Shown here: positions 52,294 to 64,000 of the stretch, one piece after another | Numbering within the stretch: the first letter of the stretch is position 1 | How the letters are laid out: each line of letters starts with the position of its first letter | Origin: Lingula anatina | Taxonomy: Eukaryota; Animalia; Brachiopoda | Assembly: GCA_051362555.1 (NCBI GenBank) | Contig: CM120647.1 | Coordinates: forward strand, 6,634,001 to 6,698,000 | DNA length: 64,000 bases | Reading direction: 5' to 3' | Program-made: the position numbers and the translations under genes | The notes under the pieces: generated by a model | Seen by the model: the letters and a program-made list of their open reading frames with translations, nothing else | What the model was told of the DNA's origin: nothing | Databases searched by the model: none

Positions 52294-52532
52294 CACACAC
52301 TGGACAATACAAGTGTAGCCCTTTCTGAACCAATACTTTGGGGGAGATAAATGACTGTGGACTGATATGCACCTGGTATTATTTTATTAACATCAAATTT
52401 CACAAAAAGATCAACAGCACAATTCCATGGTACAGCGGTTTTATACTCATTAGTCACATTATAAGTAGAGCAGGCATTATAACATTGATTACTCTGATTC
52501 AAGGGGTTTAACTTCTATTGTCCAGTGTGTGT
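52294..52532. mobile_element. Non-autonomous TIR element (same family as 5590-5845)
   Basis: CACACTGGACAATAC/GAAGT ... ACTTCTATTGTCCAGTGTG. Confidence 0.7.
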
Positions 52533-52535
52533 AGT

Positions 52536-52689
52536 CAGGGCCGTAGCCTGAGCAAAATGCCAGGGGGGGCAGTAAGCGGACACAAAGGGGCGAAGCTACC
52601 GAGGGGGGTGGGTGTGGTGTGTAAAATCCAAATTCCAGGGGGGGGGGGGCAGCTGCCCCCCCCCCTGCCCCCCGGAGGCTACGGCCCTG
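52536..52689. mobile_element. 154-bp MITE, internally deleted member of the 32956-33419 family; 5-bp TSD GTAGT
   Basis: Perfect TIR CAGGGCCGTAGCCT / AGGCTACGGCCCTG, with GTAGT on both flanks. Confidence 0.9.
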
Positions 52690-53279
52690 GTAGTATGTGT
52701 TTTGTTGCAATACAAGGGTCAAAATCGAAAATTGTAGAATACACTTCTCACGAGATAATTATGTATCACTAGCGAAAAAACAAGATTTTACCAAGAAGTT
52801 GGGGAAGGGGGCAATATTAGAAGCTTGATTTGGTGAGTTCCATACTGTCATTCGAAATAAATTTATTTGTTGCAATATACCTGTATGTGTGAGATACCGA
52901 GCGATATATGCCATAACACCTCGAGCGTCAGCGAGAGGTGTTCATGGCATATATCTTGAGAGGGTGACAGGGTATTATTTGACATACATACCGAGAAAAA
53001 ATACAGTCCATTATCCTAAAACACCCCTAAAACCGAATAAAGTGACCAAATATCACGCTCTAGAGATGTTATACGGAATAAACTCGTCCACGTGCGCTGG
53101 TAACCTCCCGCCAAATTCTTACGTAATGTCTGACCAATTTGGTCAATTTTTGCTAAATACTTGTCGTGGACGTTCAACTGGCTTGAGAAGTATTGAATCA
53201 ACCGTCGACACTGACCATGCACGTCTCAGCTGAGCCACACCTTGCTGGGACTGCTGCGGAAACAAGGTCCCAAGGCAAA

Positions 53280-53700
53280 ACCTCTCCTTTTTAGTGACAT
53301 TTCTGATAAATAAGGAGCGTCGGACCGGTATATAGTCAAACTAATTTTCACAGGTGCAAAGGAGAAAGAAATTTACTTTTTGGTGATATTTCTGACAACG
53401 AGGCAGTTTCGGAATATATTCAAAATCGACGGATGTTTATTACAAGTTCACGGGAGTAATAATTCTAGTTTTTTATTGTTATTTCTGACGACGAGGCGGT
53501 TACGGAATATAGTCAAAATCAAACGGATGTTTATTTCAAGTCCACAGGAGTAATAATTCTACGTTTTGGTGACATTTTTTTACTACGAGACGGGTTCGGA
53601 ATATACATGTGCTGGTTTTCAGAGGATTCATGTGCTACATGTTATTACAAGTCCAAAGGGGGAATACATTTGATATTTGCCGATATATCTGATAAAGAGG
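53280..53700. repeat. Degenerate tandem repeat with a unit of about 80 bp
   Basis: Recurrent TTTTGGTGA(C/T)ATTTCTGAC.ACGAGGC.GTT.CGGAATAT...CAAAATC..ACGGATGTTTATT.CAAGT motif. Confidence 0.65.
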
Positions 53701-56447
53701 AAGAATGAACAGCTTAAAAACAAAAGGTAAATAACACAACCCTCGTTAAAAAGTTATAGATTTACAAATAATTTGTATGCACGTGTGGCTTAAATATAAA
53801 CTAATTCCCGTTTTCAAACCATACCCACATGATATTACTTAGTGTAATAAAGTGATAAATAATAATTGTTAAACGTGAAAAGTTGTTAAACGTGAAAAGT
53901 ATGCAAATTTTTTAAGAGCGTGAGAGATTTTAAATTTGTCTACTGGTAGGTATATAACGCAAGCAACGTCACTATTCTCTTGATGCCAAAAAGGTCACAT
54001 GATCACTGTCTTTGGCTTTCAGCATTTAAGTGACCTCGACTGATTTAACAAAGATGTAGTCTTGAAATTCTAGACTACATCGAGGTTAAATCCGAGTTTT
54101 CCGAGAGACGCTACGCAGAAATGTCGAGTGAAGCGAGACATTTTTGGGTAGCGGCTCGAGGTTGCCCTCGATCTTCACTGAAGCTTACCTACATTGTAAA
54201 TGGACAGGCTTGAGTGATCATCATATCGCCACGGTCATATAACATCCCTAGGTATGTATATCGAATATATGTATGCAATGTTGTCTTTAATAAGCCAATG
54301 CATGAAGCGCAAATATCACACGTGGCAAGAAAAAGACAAACATAGTTACAAATACGCACATTAGGCTCGATCAGAAGGATCGATTACATTATCTGTGAAT
54401 CCGTCTACATGAATTTCTAGGTACAAAAACAAAAAGTATTGGACTGGAAGAGAGTAACGATTGCCCCTATCGAAAACAAGCAGTCATCTTATGCAGTAAT
54501 CCATAAAATGCTGCGTATTGACAGAACACACTATCCAATATACCATCATCCCTTAAGTGCATTTAATTTAATTGGATGCATATGAGTTATGTGTGGCGTT
54601 CATTAAGCTAAAACATAAGACCTCTAGTTTGTGTACTGGGGTATGTATAGGTAAATTTGTGATGATAAATATGAAGCACTCATATAGAAATGTATGTTGT
54701 ATTGTCTATATGTAGCCCTAAGTGCACAGTAAAAATGAATGTATTCATGTTGATAATGTGAATGTATAATGTTTACTTTACATATGAATTTCTGTTAAAC
54801 TTAAGTTATGAAGAGAATTAAGTCAAATTTCAGGGAGGAACCTCTACATATTAGAGAACAACAGCTTTCAAATACAGAGAAAATAGATTAAGGGCCTAAA
54901 ACAAATAAAAACCGACCTCCCCACTGACCCACCAAAACGTTTTCACGAAAATGAGGATCACTGATTATGATTTAAATAATTATGTGGAGCGAAACACAAA
55001 CAGCAAGACTCCAATAACATGCAGACTGAAAATACATGTAGGTCTCAGTGACATGATAAAATAAGATGCACATCTTTCTTGAATATAGTGAGCATAAAGG
55101 CGAGTGAATACTTATTTTAATTGGAGATAACTTTGCAAGGTGCAACAGGCAATTGTTCAGGGTGTGATTTCTATAGATTTTCTTGTCAATAATGTAATGC
55201 AGCAGCCATATATATACCTATGTATCTATGAACACGCCCGCTTTTCCTTGATCGAGTTTTATTTATGTATAGTTTTTTATTATTCTGGCGTTTCACAATC
55301 TGCTGCAAATGGAAAATGCAATATTGCATAATGCTGCATCCATGATAAAATATTCAATTTTTTCAGCAGGGAGTAATGCAAAAGTCGTTTTTACATATTC
55401 TGTCCAATGTCTATTTAATTTGTGGAAGTTCTGTCAAAAACATGCCTCTGGCCTAACAAAATACCAGAATTGCATTACCATGCTGAACTTTAAAACCACG
55501 TATCATGCTATAGTATGCTTCATAATTTTTTTTATTAAAATATAGAAAATAACCTATGATAAACGATGGTAAATGTGACCAATTTTTTTCTGTGGTGTTA
55601 CGTTCTCTTCCTCCCCGCTGTCATTGTCAACATGGTGCCAGGTTGTTGTTTCTTTTTTTCGGACTCGCTGCCACACTCAATTTAGTACTTTATGTTACTT
55701 TTTTAAAGCTTTGGCTAGACCTGGTGACCAGAATGGCTGAATTCAAGGTAAATGATACATTTTTGATGCTATGATTACATTTTTCAGATTTTAGGGATGT
55801 CATACAGATATCAGTTATTGCAAAAGTTAACAGATGCATTGTTCAGTTTCATATTTTGTCAACCACGGTGAATGTTTTTTTTTTTTTTTTTCATAAAGCG
55901 TTATCCTTATATTTTAACATTAAAATATATTCCCATAATATCTAAAAAATCAGAAACTTTTGAAAATTAACACATCAAATTTATGTTTGAAAGTTATTTT
56001 CTTTGTGGCTTATTATATGGTTCTCAACATTTAGCTGTCACGCCTACCGAATCAGCTATCGGGTAAAGATAATTACCCCCTACCAGTTTAACTAGGTGTG
56101 ACAGACATTTAAACCGGTTTAGTTCATAGCAAATTAGTGAGACTCCCCAGTGACATAGATCGATACAAATATCTGTGGGAATGGTCCCTAACTCATATAT
56201 CGTACCCGTGTGCGCTATACTATCACCAAAGGGTCATAGGACGGCAAGTATTGCAATAAAATTCTGGTTGCCATCTGGATATTTATTCAATTCCACGTTA
56301 TCATTTCCATTTCTGTATAATTATTAAGAAGTGATGATAATAGTGTATCCCTGCGTGGATGAGCATAGTTTAATACTTAAATTATTCTTATAATGTTTGT
56401 ATTAGTTAGAGAGCCTGAAATGTAAACCATTTCTTTGAGCTGAGTAA

Positions 56448-56483
<36 letters not shown>

Positions 56484-56551
56484 GGAAAATTATTAAAACC
56501 CTCAAATACGATCTTGAAAATCAATTATAAATAAGATTCTCTATGTGGCTG

Positions 56552-58006
56552 TCAAGCACCAAAAAACAAAGACTCATTGTTTGCGTTGTAAAAGAAATCA
56601 TCGGCTGCTTTAGAGAACTCATGTTGGTCGATGCAACCATTTTGGTTTTCATCGATGTAACTAAAAGACTCGTTGATGCCCTTTCGTACGTTATATACTT
56701 GACAGAACGCTTTGTGTTCTTTGACACTCATCCCTTCATCTTCATCGGCATCTGCTGCTTTAAATACCCCCTTATTCCATAATACGCTTGATGGTTCTTC
56801 GAGTTCCCTGCGTTCTAATCCACGCAGGTGTATCCAAATGGCGTTCTCTATGTCCACGTTTTTTCTGCATCTGTCTTCTGGAACGGACCAGAAGGTTAAC
56901 CAGCCTTTGGATAGAGTCTCATTGAAAACATTTATCTTGTCGGCCACAAAATAAATTCTAGCTCTTTCAACAGTCCTGTCAACATAGTCACGGCGGTCCA
57001 AAATTCCGTCACTGTCCACATCCAATAAGGTGAAATAGTGAAGAAGTTTGGTATACCATGCATTCCCTACAGACACATGCTCCTGAAGTTTAAAGATTGT
57101 ACCATAAAATAGTGTGTCTATATAATTTCTAGTTTATATCAGGCATAAAATAAAATGCTTATCTGTTGGTACGTCAGCAGTCATATTTACAAGCGTTTAA
57201 TTATCATAAGTTATTTTTCAATATTATATTAAAAAAAATTATAAAGTATTGAATTAAATGATTGCATTAAATATTAGCTCTTGAAGGTTGCTTCCAACCC
57301 CTTTTTATTTATTTTTAAGTTGTTATTTTAACCCCATAGTTAGTGGATACTGAAACTAGAATGACTCGTTCAATATTTATGCTGCAAGGATGGCCGTCAA
57401 ATCGGCCCCATTGTTTTAAAACTACAATTTCAAATGGATGGAACGAACCGGTTTTGGCATACTGATGTGCAGACGGGTACAGATACGTTGGCATATAAAT
57501 AGGGAATATAAAGGGGTTATGGAGATCTCTAAAATGTGTGTTTAGGCATAATCAGTGAAAATCAACTCTACTGCGACAGCTGTCAGTTCATGAAATCAAG
57601 AGTTAACTTCTGAAGACCCGACTGAAGTAAGGAAAAATATTTAAGAGTCCATATTGTGCAATTGCTTTAAAAAGACATTTTGCAAAATTCACAAATAATA
57701 AAATATTGTGTGCAGAAATTTAAACTGTTCAAAGCAGCACAGTAACAGTATACGTAAGCATATCCTCCAAGATTTACTTTCGAAGTAAGGCTACCTTGGC
57801 AATATACGTTATAACGTCCAGATATGCATGTATACATGTTGATGTGTAATTCAAAACAATACATTGACATTGAGTGAGCTTTAAATACAACGACGAGAGC
57901 GTCTTACCTTTGGACAATTCTTAGTTACAGACGAGTATGTTCTTGTTACATCATAAACAATCACCGACAACAGCAACCAAACCAGACGTGGAAGTAAAAA
58001 CATCAT
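56552..58006 (-). CDS. Secreted EF-hand protein A, sarcoplasmic calcium-binding protein / coelenterazine-binding-protein-like fold (about 209 aa), 2 exons
   Basis: Exon 1 is 58006-57908 (MMFLLPRLVWLLLSVIVYDVTRTYSSVTKNCPK|gtaag); exon 2 is 57082-56552 after ttcag. EF loops: DVDSDGILDRRD, DADEDEGMSVKE, DENQNGCIDQHE; the second EF position is degenerate. C-terminus DDFFYN....LFFGA. Confidence 0.88.
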
Positions 58007-60034
58007 TCGTGTGTGCCAAGCAAGTCAACTGTCAATATATCTGAGTTTTGTGCAATTGTGGTATGTCTCAATATAGTGAATCGTTTAGATATAGTTGTTT
58101 TCGATACTTCTAGAAGTATACCGACCCCAATCGTATTTGAACACGTATCTGAAATTACTGGGCTCCCTTCTTTTCAGCTCAAGGCGACGACGTTTTTCTC
58201 TATCCACACTTTTGTCTGGCAACTCGAATAACAAGTATTTTGTACCACATTCACGAAAAACATTTGTTCTCTTTTTTTCCGAGTCATTTTCACTGTCAAA
58301 CTGTTATAGAAATTATGAGAAAAGATGCTTGCCAACACAATATTTAACAACCTATCTGCGGGTATGACATAATGTTGGTACTGATGTGTATGTGTTGTTT
58401 AAATAAAATGAATAAAAGACACAGTTGTTGTTGATTTCCAAAACATTGCGTTTAGAAAGAGACCCATTCAGTCAAAAATGTATCAGTTCAACATAAACAT
58501 ATAATATTACAATATTATAATATGGCCTTGTGATCAGAGTGCCCAGTTCCAGAGTCTGAGGACGTGGGCTCGGCTCCGTTTGGAGCAGCCAGTCCTTCAT
58601 TAATGGTACCATCTGCCCCCCCCCCCTCCACCACTCCCCCCATTTTGACAGCAGCACGCATGGACTGAAGTACCCTGTAGGGGGAATGTTACTGCTGTGT
58701 CAATAAAAGGTATTAATCGTTTGGTAGGTGTCAGCACATTATGCGGCAGCTGTGCTGTATCCTCATCAGGAAGGTGAAAATACCGACACACAGCCTATAT
58801 CAGGGCCGGGCGTCTATTTTTACTGCACTGAGACTCATGTGGAATACGCAGTATATAAAATAATAAACTTCACTTCTTATGTTTTAATCATTTACAATTA
58901 ATGCCTTAATCTCCTTCTTGTTTTAATTCTGATGTTATAAACGTGTCGGAACATAAAGTCAAGGTATCAATATGAACATCGAAGTTGCAACAGAAGGTTT
59001 TGATACATATTTTGACAATTCCTCATACATATAATGATATAGTCATTAACAATACCTTTTTATGTAAATTGGAAAGTTATAAATATCATGCACGTGTCTA
59101 GGTCATTCGTCACCAGTGAAGGGGGGTAGTTCTATTAGGATTTGAGTAAGGATTATTCATTTATAATATCTTCAAGTAGGGTCCGCCATATTTGGTTAGA
59201 TTTCGTAAGGCTATAACATGCAGTCTATTATCGTTTCATTGCGTTATCACAGGGAATCGCAAGGTTGCAGGCTTTTTACTGTGCACGAAGATAAACAGTT
59301 AAAGAATGCCCACAAAAATTCGTACCACGTTTCAGCAATGTATGTTAAATTGCGATTGTATTTTATCAAAATATTCAGTTATTCTAGCTGAGTAAATGGG
59401 TCGATTGGTGAATAAAGCCGTCTGTTATATTATTCAGTAGAGAATTAAGTTTACCTCAGGCGTAAAATGTTTTGGAAAGCAAAATTACATTTATCTATTC
59501 AGCATTCTGTGCATTCGCACAACCAAAGGTCAGCATCAACATGTTTTATGGGTTGTTAAATATTGTGTTGAATGGAATCATTTATCATAGCTCATTTTTA
59601 TAATTCTATGGTAAGCCGGTGTGCACGTGCTTGCCAGACCATTCGCTGTGTTTTAAAACTGACGGAATTATATCTCATTCTACATCAGTATGGCAATGAA
59701 AACACCATGGAAAATATTAAACCAAATGATTCAGGAATTTAATACAGCAGGTAGGTATATAAGTTTTTAGATAGCATGTTGTGTGAATATGAAAAAAAAA
59801 ATAAGTCGTCACCCGTAAGGAAGAAAGCCCAATAACATTGAGGGCACGGATAACTGTTCTGGTATATGAACCTGGACCGCCCCCATTTACTACGTGTTCA
59901 AAGTCGATTTGGTAAGATACACCTCTGACTAAGCCGAAAACAACCTATTTAAGTAAAAATGCTGTGTTAATACGTAACACTTTCGCACAGAACGCAGATC
60001 CATTAACAATTAACTTTCTACGCATACAATTAAC

Positions 60035-61282
60035 ATGTTTCTTTCAGGTTTGCTCTGGTTATTGCTGTTGGTGATTGTGAATTATGTAATGGGAAAGTCA
60101 TGTAGTGGACACCAGAATGGTCAGAAGGTAAGGTGTTTTTTTTTAATTGATGTATCATTTTGAAATGATGCTGGCATGAGCTTACATATCCATTCTATTC
60201 TCTTTCGCATAGCACATTAATGCATAAATGAAAACAACTACAAAAACAAAACATATAGGTTGGTTAATATAAATTAGGACAATAAAGGCTGATTTTTGTC
60301 ATACCATACCGAACGTAGAATAATTACGAAATTTACCATATATAACTAACTTGCCATGAGATAAATGTAAATATGCAGTTGGCTGCTAAGAGTCCTGAAT
60401 ATGACTTGACCAAATATTTTGATTATAAGCAACGAATAAAAGAGTTTAGACTGGTTGCAGAAACGCACATATCTCCGTGTATCCTGGGGAATAACCTCAT
60501 CTTGGTGTCGTTGGCCATATTTGTGTGATTAAATTCTACATATCAATTTTACACCATTTTCCAGTGGTCACGTTCAAATGATGGGTACCAAAAATGTTAG
60601 GGGCAACAGATGGTGGAATCAGTGTCTTTTTACGCAACAGTATGTTGTAAATTCACGCTTAGGGTAGATAGTATGTGTATCTTCCACAAATAGTTTTATA
60701 TGAATAATCTTAAATAGCATTTAACGTTTTTATGACACATTTTATAAACTACAGGAAGATCTGGAGGAGGGTGATAAACGGCGTGATAAATGGGTCCGCT
60801 TTTTTAACTTATTGGACGCTGACAATGACGGCTTTGTGGACAAACATGAATATATCAACGGGTCTGTTGAAAGAGCCATGGGATATTTTGCGCCAGAAAA
60901 GATCAACGCTTTCAACGAGACTGTCTCCAGAGCGTGGTCTTCATTTTGGTCCACCCCAGAAGACGACTTTCAACAATGCTTTGACGTGTTGGATTTCATC
61001 TCAGCTCACGCGACAGTATTTAACACCACCATGTTTCAGCCGTCGGTCAAATATTGGGCAAAGGGTTTATTTCGAGCAGCAGATGAAGACGATGATGAAA
61101 AATTGAACGTTTTCGAGCACAAAGCCTTCCTTCAAGCATCCAATGTTCACAAGGGCTTCTATAAGTCATTTAGTTTTGTCGACGAAAATCAAAGTAGAAG
61201 CATCGACAAAAAAGAGTTTGTTACAGCCGCTGTTGATTATTTCTGCAACCGTTATGATGGTTCTTTGTTTTATGGCGAGTAA
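60035..61282 (+). CDS. Secreted EF-hand protein B, paralog of A (about 206 aa), 2 exons
   Basis: Exon 1 is 60035-60127 (MFLSGLLWLLLLVIVNYVMGKSCSGHQNGQK|gtaag); exon 2 is 60755-61282 after ctacag. EF loops: DADNDGFVDKHE, DEDDDEKLNVFE, DENQSRSIDKKE. Same phase-0 intron position as paralog A. Confidence 0.88.
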
Positions 61283-63639
61283 TATTAACAAACACAGTCC
61301 TATTCATTTGGTGTTGTGAATTATCTTTGAAATATTCAATGTCAATATTACAAGACTTGGATAACGAGATATGCTATTATGAAATAAATATACAGAAGCC
61401 TTAATTTTGTTTTTTTTTTCTTTGTATTTTTGGTTTATTATTACTTTGTAAACATTTGTCGTTTATAACCCTTTGGTGAGTTACGTATATGCTTTCGGTA
61501 CAAGGGTGAAAAACACACCGCAAGCGAAAGTACACTATACTCTTGCAAAGCATATAGAACAGAACTATCAATTCCTTCCACACGTGACATTTTCAACAGA
61601 CACCTCTCTCAATTAGCAAGAGGTGACCACAGGGATACTACATTGACAGGTTTCAGCGTGACAGTGCACTTGCTCACAGTTTTCGTCTGGTGAGTGTATT
61701 TGTTGCACAAAACGCAATGTTCCGAAGATGAAGCAACCATCTTCAAGCTCTGCATGGTATTAAACCTGCCCAAGCATATGTGGCATTAATTCACCTTTTT
61801 CGTCTTTTGCGGAGATAAAAAGTGTGCATGGCAGGAACCGGGCGCCACAGGGGTCATTGTAGTCCTCTGTTGTTTCCAGCCTGGCACTGTTATGTGAATA
61901 TGATGAACCAATTAGGTGCCTTTATAAAAAGGCCGTTTGAAGCGTGCACTGTGTAAAACTAAAAAGGTGGCTGAAACACAGTTCTAAATGCGTCATCTGT
62001 AGGCAAGAAAACATTAGTTAGAGGGTGAATCCAGTATTTTTACTTTTAATTAAAACATTTAATATATTTAATTTCCCAGTTTAATAACGGCGTGCTGTGC
62101 AAAAGACTTCACCTAAGCGTCCGCGCCTAGGCTGCACTTTCTTCAGTGATGACGAACTATACCATCAGAGTTCTTTTAAATGCGTTCGACAATAAAGATG
62201 TGTGAAATAGACACGTTATAGTAGACTGTACATAGCTTTTTCTAGTGTGTGGACAGGTACGTCTTCATAATATTAAATGTGTATATGCAAGCTGTGGCGC
62301 TATCAGTTCATCTACTATCATGTGTACATTTACATGAAGTATCAATTCATAACGGTTTTATATGTCATGTTTGAGGGTTATCTTAAAAGATTTAGATTTT
62401 TTAAATAAAAACTATTACATGAGACGCAGACTGCACGTCGGATAACTGATGAAATTATTTAGTACATGTACCTTATAAGGCATCAGGTACCACTTTTTCA
62501 AATGTTCGGTTAAGGGGGGTGGCACAACTATGGTCTTTCCTCTGTAATTATAACCTAATTTTGTATGTTGAATAGGTGAGACAGGTATTTTCGACTCCCT
62601 CCTAGACATCAATTAGACTGCTTACCACGTACTACACTAGTGTATATACAGACTTAATGACAGGTGCAAAAAGATCACACCTACGGAGTGACAAGTGTGA
62701 AAATTCTGTCAAACTGAAACAAAACCGTCAGATCAAAAAACAATTATAGAAAGAGGGCACATTATTTGACATAGCGTATTTTTATAGTTTTCAGCCATTG
62801 ACAAATTCCATTCAAATAAACTGTTTTCCATATATTGAATACTTTTCAGCATACATAAGACGATTAAAAATTACACCTTTAATAATTAACATATTTGTAT
62901 TACTGGATCGATCTAAATACATGGCTAGATTATTTTATCATCCATTTCGTTTTTTCCATGCATGTACATGTATGCTTTGGTACATTATCTAAATAACTTA
63001 TTTATCTAAATTCACTGTCCAATTCACTTGTCATTAAGATCAGAATTATATAACTCAATAAATGAAAATTTTATTTATTTTATTATTATTATTATTATTA
63101 TTGATTTCGTCGTAAGTAGCAAACCCCTTGTAACACTTTTGGCCTCTTTTGGCCTCCAAACTTCATGCTTAAAGTGTTTTCTTTCTTTTTATTTTTCATT
63201 TTTTTCTTCGGATCTTTATAATGTTTATTTCGCGCATCTCCCCTGAATTTTTTTTCCGATACTACGTTAGATCCGTTGATTTCTCTGAAAATTCTTTTTG
63301 AAAGTTGGGCACTTTGTCAAACTGACTATACACAGTCACATCACGGTCATCACCCATTTACTAATACAGGTGGACGTAGTGTTGGACTAGGCATATTGAA
63401 GGCATGGAGGATATCGGAAAAGTGCATCCAATGTACGTGTAATAGCATGAAAATTTTGGTAATCAATTTTATTGAAAGACGTGTGTATTAAAAATGAGTC
63501 AAAGATCTGTTCGAATATCTTTAGTTTACAAAGTTATTAGTTACATAAGAACGTCACAACCGTAGTAAGTCGCTGATATGACTGTGTTTATTCATTTTGA
63601 TAAATTGGGGAATTACGATTGATACATCACAGTGGTTTT

Positions 63640-63830
63640 TGTGGGAACATTGTGCTCAAGATTCTTACTGACCAAAGAGATAAGCGGAGTTGGTCCATTT
63701 CAACTCTTAAGTTTTCCAGAGACAGCACAATATTGGACAATATCAGAGTTAGAAATTCTGTTATCACAACAAGCAAAGAAGTTAGAAACCTGGATGTAAT
63801 TCTCAACAACAATTAATTGTGACATGACTA
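63640..63830 (+). mobile_element. Possible highly decayed CR1/L2-type LINE RT fragment
   Basis: I.V.NSVITTSKEVRNLDVILNN resembles the ...VRNLGV.lD..L segment of non-LTR reverse transcriptases. Short and weak. Confidence 0.35.
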
Positions 63831-64000
63831 CAAAGGGTGTTAATCATCATAATTTAGTCTACAACGAATATCTAAGATGCTTCACCTCATGGCCAGAAAT
63901 GCGCAGCATTCACGCGATACGCGAGGGCGCTACAGTAGGGCTTCACGTGACTCAAATAGCCAATCACAGCACAACAATGGCATCGCACACAGACTCTGTG

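Noticed and set aside
56552-61282. Calling the EF-hand pair true Ca2+-regulated photoproteins
   Set aside because: The fold resemblance is shared with non-luminescent SCPs. The C-terminal Pro and His-Trp-Tyr arrangement of aequorin/obelin are not evident, and the organism is unknown.

Overview
This is an AT-rich, intron-containing invertebrate animal genomic window, not a prokaryotic one; most ORFs in the supplied track are microsatellite or antisense noise. Reading splice signals by hand gives these genes. (1) The last exon of a TASK-type two-pore K+ channel (10877-11700, +); everything upstream is probably its long intron. (2) A small 3-exon secreted Kazal-type inhibitor with only 4 Cys (15710-16596, -). 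(3) A tandem array of four secreted proteins (signal peptide + abbreviated TSP1 module + LamG/pentraxin-like jelly-roll, about 292-300 aa; 20933-44300, +). The copies show conserved framework strands, hypervariable loops, mosaic identity, a deleted-and-rescued splice donor (copy 1) and a triplicated signal-peptide exon (copy 4). (4) A 10-exon AKR1-like aldo-keto reductase (46355-51505, +). (5) A head-to-head pair of signal-peptide-bearing EF-hand proteins of the SCP/aequorin/coelenterazine-binding-protein fold (56552-58006, -; 60035-61282, +). The rest contains many non-autonomous DNA transposons (some nested, with clear TSDs), a tRNA-SINE, a Helentron-like element, LINE remnants and mini/microsatellites. 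All family assignments come from motif recognition by eye; no database search was run.
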